Assembly (NCBI GenBank): GCA_041672385.1
Contig: JBAYZQ010000010.1
Span: 1 to 29,985, forward strand
DNA length: 29,985 bases
Source: Sphaerochaetaceae bacterium
GTDB taxonomy: Bacteria > Spirochaetota > Spirochaetia > Sphaerochaetales > Sphaerochaetaceae
Reading direction: 5' to 3'
In this document: positions 26,915 through 29,985 of the stretch, in pieces
Layout: the number at the start of each line of letters is the position of its first letter
How positions within the stretch are numbered: the stretch's first letter is position 1
The notes under the pieces: model-generated
Told to the model about the DNA's origin: nothing
The model's input: only the letters and a program-made list of their open reading frames with translations
Databases searched by the model: none
Made by a program: the position numbers and the translations under genes

Positions 26915-28084
26915 ATGAAAACGTTAAAGAAAAAATCTATTTTAGTTTTCGGTATTGTTTTAATCGTTTTTGCACCTTTGATGGCTTCTTATGAAGGGCT
27001 ATCAATTTCAACCCCTTATCCATCACTTAACATTGAAAACAGTGATAGTAATATGATTATTTTTAATTTAAAAGTTAAAAACTACAATATGACCCCAGAA
27101 AGAGTTGATCTTAGTGTGGCCAATCTTCCAAAAGGATGGGAGTATCAATTTATAGGTGGAGGCGGACTTGTAAATGCAGTTTTTGCCGAACCTGAAGATT
27201 CAGCTGATGTTCAACTTTGGATAATTCCAGATAGCAAAGTTATTGCTGGTTCTTACGATTTTTCGGTTTTAGCAAAAGGTGAACAAAGTTCAAGTTACAG
27301 TCTTCCTCTTACAGTTTTTCTAGGACAAAAGTTACCTGAAAGGCTACAAATGGAAAGTGAACTTCCTTCTGTAGAAGGGACTCCAGATTCCACCTTCAGC
27401 TTTACAATAGATTTACAAAATAACAGTGCTGCTGAAACTACTATTAATTTAAAATCTGTAGTATCCGACGGTTTTTCTGCAGGTTTCACTGAAAGTTATT
27501 CAACTGATAAACTTAGCAATGTAACTTTAAAGGCTGGAGAATCTAAGAAATTAAAAGTAACTGTTAATCCACCTCAAGGAGTATCTGAAGGAACTTATCC
27601 AGTAAAGGTTATTGCTGCAACAGCAACTACAAGTGCTCAGGCAGAAGTTACTCTTAACATAAAAGGACAGGCAAATTTAACCTTAAGTGGGGATCAAGGG
27701 TTATTAAGTTTTTCTGCAATAGCTGGAAAGGAAAAAATAGTTACCTTAATTCTTAAAAATACTGGTTCTGCAGAAGCAACTAACATCCAACTTAGTGATA
27801 GTTCTCCTTCTAATTGGAAAGCTGAATTTTCTCCTAAGGCTGTTGAGAAAATTGCACCAGGAGAACAAGCTACTGTAAAAATGACTGTAACTCCTTCAAG
27901 TCAGGCAATAACGGGAGATTATGGCTTAAAAGTAAGTGCTCAATCTAGCACCTCAGGAAATATTTCTCAACAGTTTAGAGTAACAATAAAAACATCTTCT
28001 CTTTGGGGAATTGTCGCCGTTTTAATTATTGCTGCAGGTGTAATAATTCTTTTGTTAGTAATGAAAAAATATGGAAGAAGGTAA
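26915..28084 (+). CDS. Membrane-anchored exported protein with three ~90-aa beta-sandwich-like repeats (NEW3/CARDB/COG1470-like), ABC-2 transporter-associated
   Basis: Signal peptide, then three tandem repeats each carrying the pattern [LI]-x-[LI]-x-N-x-[GN]-x-x-x-A/E-x-x-[IV]-x-L...P-x-G/N-W...[IL]-x-P-G-E/x-x-x-x-V/K-x-x-V-x-P. C-terminal TM anchor LWGIVAVLIIAAGVIILLLV plus KKYGRR. Strong AGGAGG RBS. Consensus TATAAT -10 element upstream. Confidence 0.6.
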   Translation: MKTLKKKSILVFGIVLIVFAPLMASYEGLSISTPYPSLNIENSDSNMIIFNLKVKNYNMTPERVDLSVANLPKGWEYQFIGGGGLVNAVFAEPEDSADVQLWIIPDSKVIAGSYDFSVLAKGEQSSSYSLPLTVFLGQKLPERLQMESELPSVEGTPDSTFSFTIDLQNNSAAETTINLKSVVSDGFSAGFTESYSTDKLSNVTLKAGESKKLKVTVNPPQGVSEGTYPVKVIAATATTSAQAEVTLNIKGQANLTLSGDQGLLSFSAIAGKEKIVTLILKNTGSAEATNIQLSDSSPSNWKAEFSPKAVEKIAPGEQATVKMTVTPSSQAITGDYGLKVSAQSSTSGNISQQFRVTIKTSSLWGIVAVLIIAAGVIILLLVMKKYGRR

Positions 28085-28090
28085 GACAAA

Positions 28091-29041
28091 ATGAAAGATG
28101 AGGTATTAAAGGTACAAGATTTAACTAAAATTTACCCCAACGGAAAAGTTGCAGTAAACAAAGTTTCCTTTACCTTGAACAAAGGCGAAATCTTCGGAAT
28201 GCTTGGACCTAATGGTAGTGGAAAAACTACCACAATTCTTATGTTACTTGGGCTTCTTGATGCCACAAAAGGTTCAGTTTCAGTTCTAGGTTATAATCCA
28301 CTTAGAACTCCTCTTGAAGTCAAAAAAAGAGTAAGTTATCTTCCAGATTCTGTGGGTTTTTATTCAAATTTAACGGCTTATGAGAATGTTGATTATACCA
28401 CTAGGTTTTTAAATTTAGATGGGAAAGAAAGAAGAGCTAGGATTGATAAGGCTTTTAAAAAAATAAGACTTTACAATAATAGAGATGATAAGATAAAAAC
28501 TTTTTCACATGGTATGAAACAACGATTAGGCCTAGCTGAAGTTTTAATAAAAGAACCTGATATTGCAATACTTGATGAACCCACTCAGGGATTAGATCCT
28601 GAAAGTGTTGCTGAATTTTTAGATATCATTAGATCTTTTAGGGATGATGAAAATATGAGCGTACTTATTTCTAGTCATCAACTTAACCAAGTTCAATCCG
28701 TATGTAACCGTGTGGGTCTTTTTAGTCAGGGTAGTCTAATTACCTATGGGACAGTAAAAGAACTCTCAGAGGAACAATTTGGTACTAATCGTATAATTAA
28801 TTTAACATTAGAAGAAGATGCTGATATTTCAGAAATAACTCATAGCATTGAGGGAATAAACCAAACGAGAAAAATAGCTCCTGGTCAATGGATTTTTACT
28901 TGTACTAAAGATATAAGATCAAAACTCGTAAAAGCTTTGGTGGATAACCGGCTAAATATCAATTCAGTGAATCTTCAACTACATTCACTTGAAGATATTT
29001 ACCGTTCTTTTTTTGAGGAGGTAAAAAATGTCACAGAATAA
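28091..29041 (+). CDS. ABC transporter ATP-binding protein (ABC-2 type)
   Basis: Walker A GPNGSGKTT, variant signature FSHGMKQRLGLAE, Walker B ILDEPTQGLD, H-loop SSHQ, plus a ~90-aa C-terminal accessory domain. Starts 6 nt after the upstream stop. Confidence 0.85.
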   Translation: MKDEVLKVQDLTKIYPNGKVAVNKVSFTLNKGEIFGMLGPNGSGKTTTILMLLGLLDATKGSVSVLGYNPLRTPLEVKKRVSYLPDSVGFYSNLTAYENVDYTTRFLNLDGKERRARIDKAFKKIRLYNNRDDKIKTFSHGMKQRLGLAEVLIKEPDIAILDEPTQGLDPESVAEFLDIIRSFRDDENMSVLISSHQLNQVQSVCNRVGLFSQGSLITYGTVKELSEEQFGTNRIINLTLEEDADISEITHSIEGINQTRKIAPGQWIFTCTKDIRSKLVKALVDNRLNINSVNLQLHSLEDIYRSFFEEVKNVTE

Positions 29042-29966
29042 AGGTCATGCTTTAACTGGATTAAATGTAGTATTTGTAAAAGAATTTCATGATTTTACCC
29101 AGAGCGTAAGAATGGTGGTACTAACTATTTTAATTCTTTTAACTGCTGGTACTAGTATTTATGTCGCTACTCAAACAGTGAAGTCTTGTGTTGGTGAGGA
29201 TAACTTTCTACTACTAAGTCTTTTTACTTTATCTAAAAGCCCAGTTCCATCTTTTTTGACTTTGATGTCCTTTCTTGTGCCTCTTACAGGAATTGCTCTA
29301 GGTTTTGATGCTGTAAATAGTGAATTTCAAAATAGAACTTTACCAAGAGTTTTGTCTCAACCAATTTATAAGGATGTACTTTTATTTGGAAAGGCTTTGG
29401 GTTCTTTGGCTTCAATGGCTTTAGTTCTTTTATCACTTTGGCTTTTTGTAATTGGTTTTGCAATGCTTTTTTTAGGGGTCCCTCCTACGGGTGAACAAAT
29501 TAGTAGAGCAATGGTTTATTATCTTATTACTCTTTTATACGGAGTTCTTTGGTTTGTTATTGCATTATTTTTCTCAATAATATGCACCCAAAGTTCAACT
29601 TCTGCTCTAGTTTCCATTGCTTGCTGGTTATTCTTTATGATTTTTTGGCCTACTATTTGTCAGTTATTAAGTTATGCAATCGGTGGTACTAACTCGATAG
29701 TTGTAGCTAAAACAAATTCTGCTTTAGCTAGGATTTCACCGTATGTATTGTACAGTGAGGCTTCAATAGCTATTTTAAATCCAACTACAAGGTCTCTTGG
29801 AGTTGTTTTGTTCTATCAAATGGATGGCGCACTTGGTGGGTCACCACTACCTTTTGGTCAAAGTTTCTTGCTTATTTGGCCACAGCTTACTTCTTTCTTT
29901 GCTGCTATAATTCTAATATTTACTTTTGGATATATGAAATTTCAAAGAATGGAGATAAGAGTTTAA
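29028..29966 (+). CDS. ABC-2 family transporter permease
   Basis: 312 aa with an N-terminal amphipathic segment, then 6 TM helices. Overlaps the ATPase stop by 14 nt. GAGGAGG RBS. Confidence 0.7.
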   Translation: MSQNKGHALTGLNVVFVKEFHDFTQSVRMVVLTILILLTAGTSIYVATQTVKSCVGEDNFLLLSLFTLSKSPVPSFLTLMSFLVPLTGIALGFDAVNSEFQNRTLPRVLSQPIYKDVLLFGKALGSLASMALVLLSLWLFVIGFAMLFLGVPPTGEQISRAMVYYLITLLYGVLWFVIALFFSIICTQSSTSALVSIACWLFFMIFWPTICQLLSYAIGGTNSIVVAKTNSALARISPYVLYSEASIAILNPTTRSLGVVLFYQMDGALGGSPLPFGQSFLLIWPQLTSFFAAIILIFTFGYMKFQRMEIRV

Positions 29967-29985
29967 AAAATACAACCCATTGCAT

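Noticed and set aside
1-29985. CRISPR arrays, insertion sequences, integrases or phage genes
   Set aside because: I found no regularly spaced direct repeats of 25-40 bp and no terminal inverted repeats flanking a transposase-like ORF. None of the ORFs shows integrase (R..HxxR..Y) or DDE-transposase features. The only mobile-element-like signal is the ParA/RHH cassette, which is reported as a finding.

Overview
This is a 29,985-bp AT-rich window (GC roughly 30%) that reads as a bacterial chromosomal segment. I call 27 protein-coding genes and one tRNA, with dense packing on both strands. Housekeeping genes I recognise from conserved motifs: hflK (3' part) and hflC, citrate synthase (GFGHRIYK), type III glutamine synthetase, valS (HMGH/KMSKS), cysS (HIGN/KMSKS), murB and ackA. 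HflKC, MurB, a lipobox lipoprotein and an exported protein with a C-terminal Phe suggest a Gram-negative (two-membrane) envelope, but I cannot name the organism. Between the core genes sit transporter cassettes and small modules of unknown function. The transporter cassettes are three ABC systems and an MFS permease. Two of the ABC ATPases carry the variant signature S-H-G-M-K-Q instead of LSGGQ.

The regions I rate most worth follow-up:
1. A compact ParA-type ATPase plus small ribbon-helix-helix-like gene pair, bracketed by A/T-only spacers that carry repeats, lying between glnN and valS. It looks like a type Ib partition-like or cargo-positioning cassette in a chromosomal setting.
2. A four-gene cluster of a beta-barrel-like exported protein, a membrane-anchored protein with three ~90-aa repeats, an ABC ATPase and an ABC-2 permease.
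3. An ECF sigma factor and zinc-binding anti-sigma factor pair lying between cysS and valS.
4. A translationally coupled trio (minimal NOL1/NOP2/Sun RNA m5C methyltransferase, DUF362 with a 2x[4Fe-4S] domain, small membrane protein) directly upstream of glnN.
5. An ABC exporter operon with a consensus sigma70-like promoter and a perfect 10-bp palindrome at the predicted transcription start.

Note on the ORF track: it translates GTG and TTG starts as M. I corrected several starts to ATG codons preceded by a ribosome-binding site. Domain and family names are recalled from memory, not from searches. No CRISPR array and no transposase-like gene were seen.
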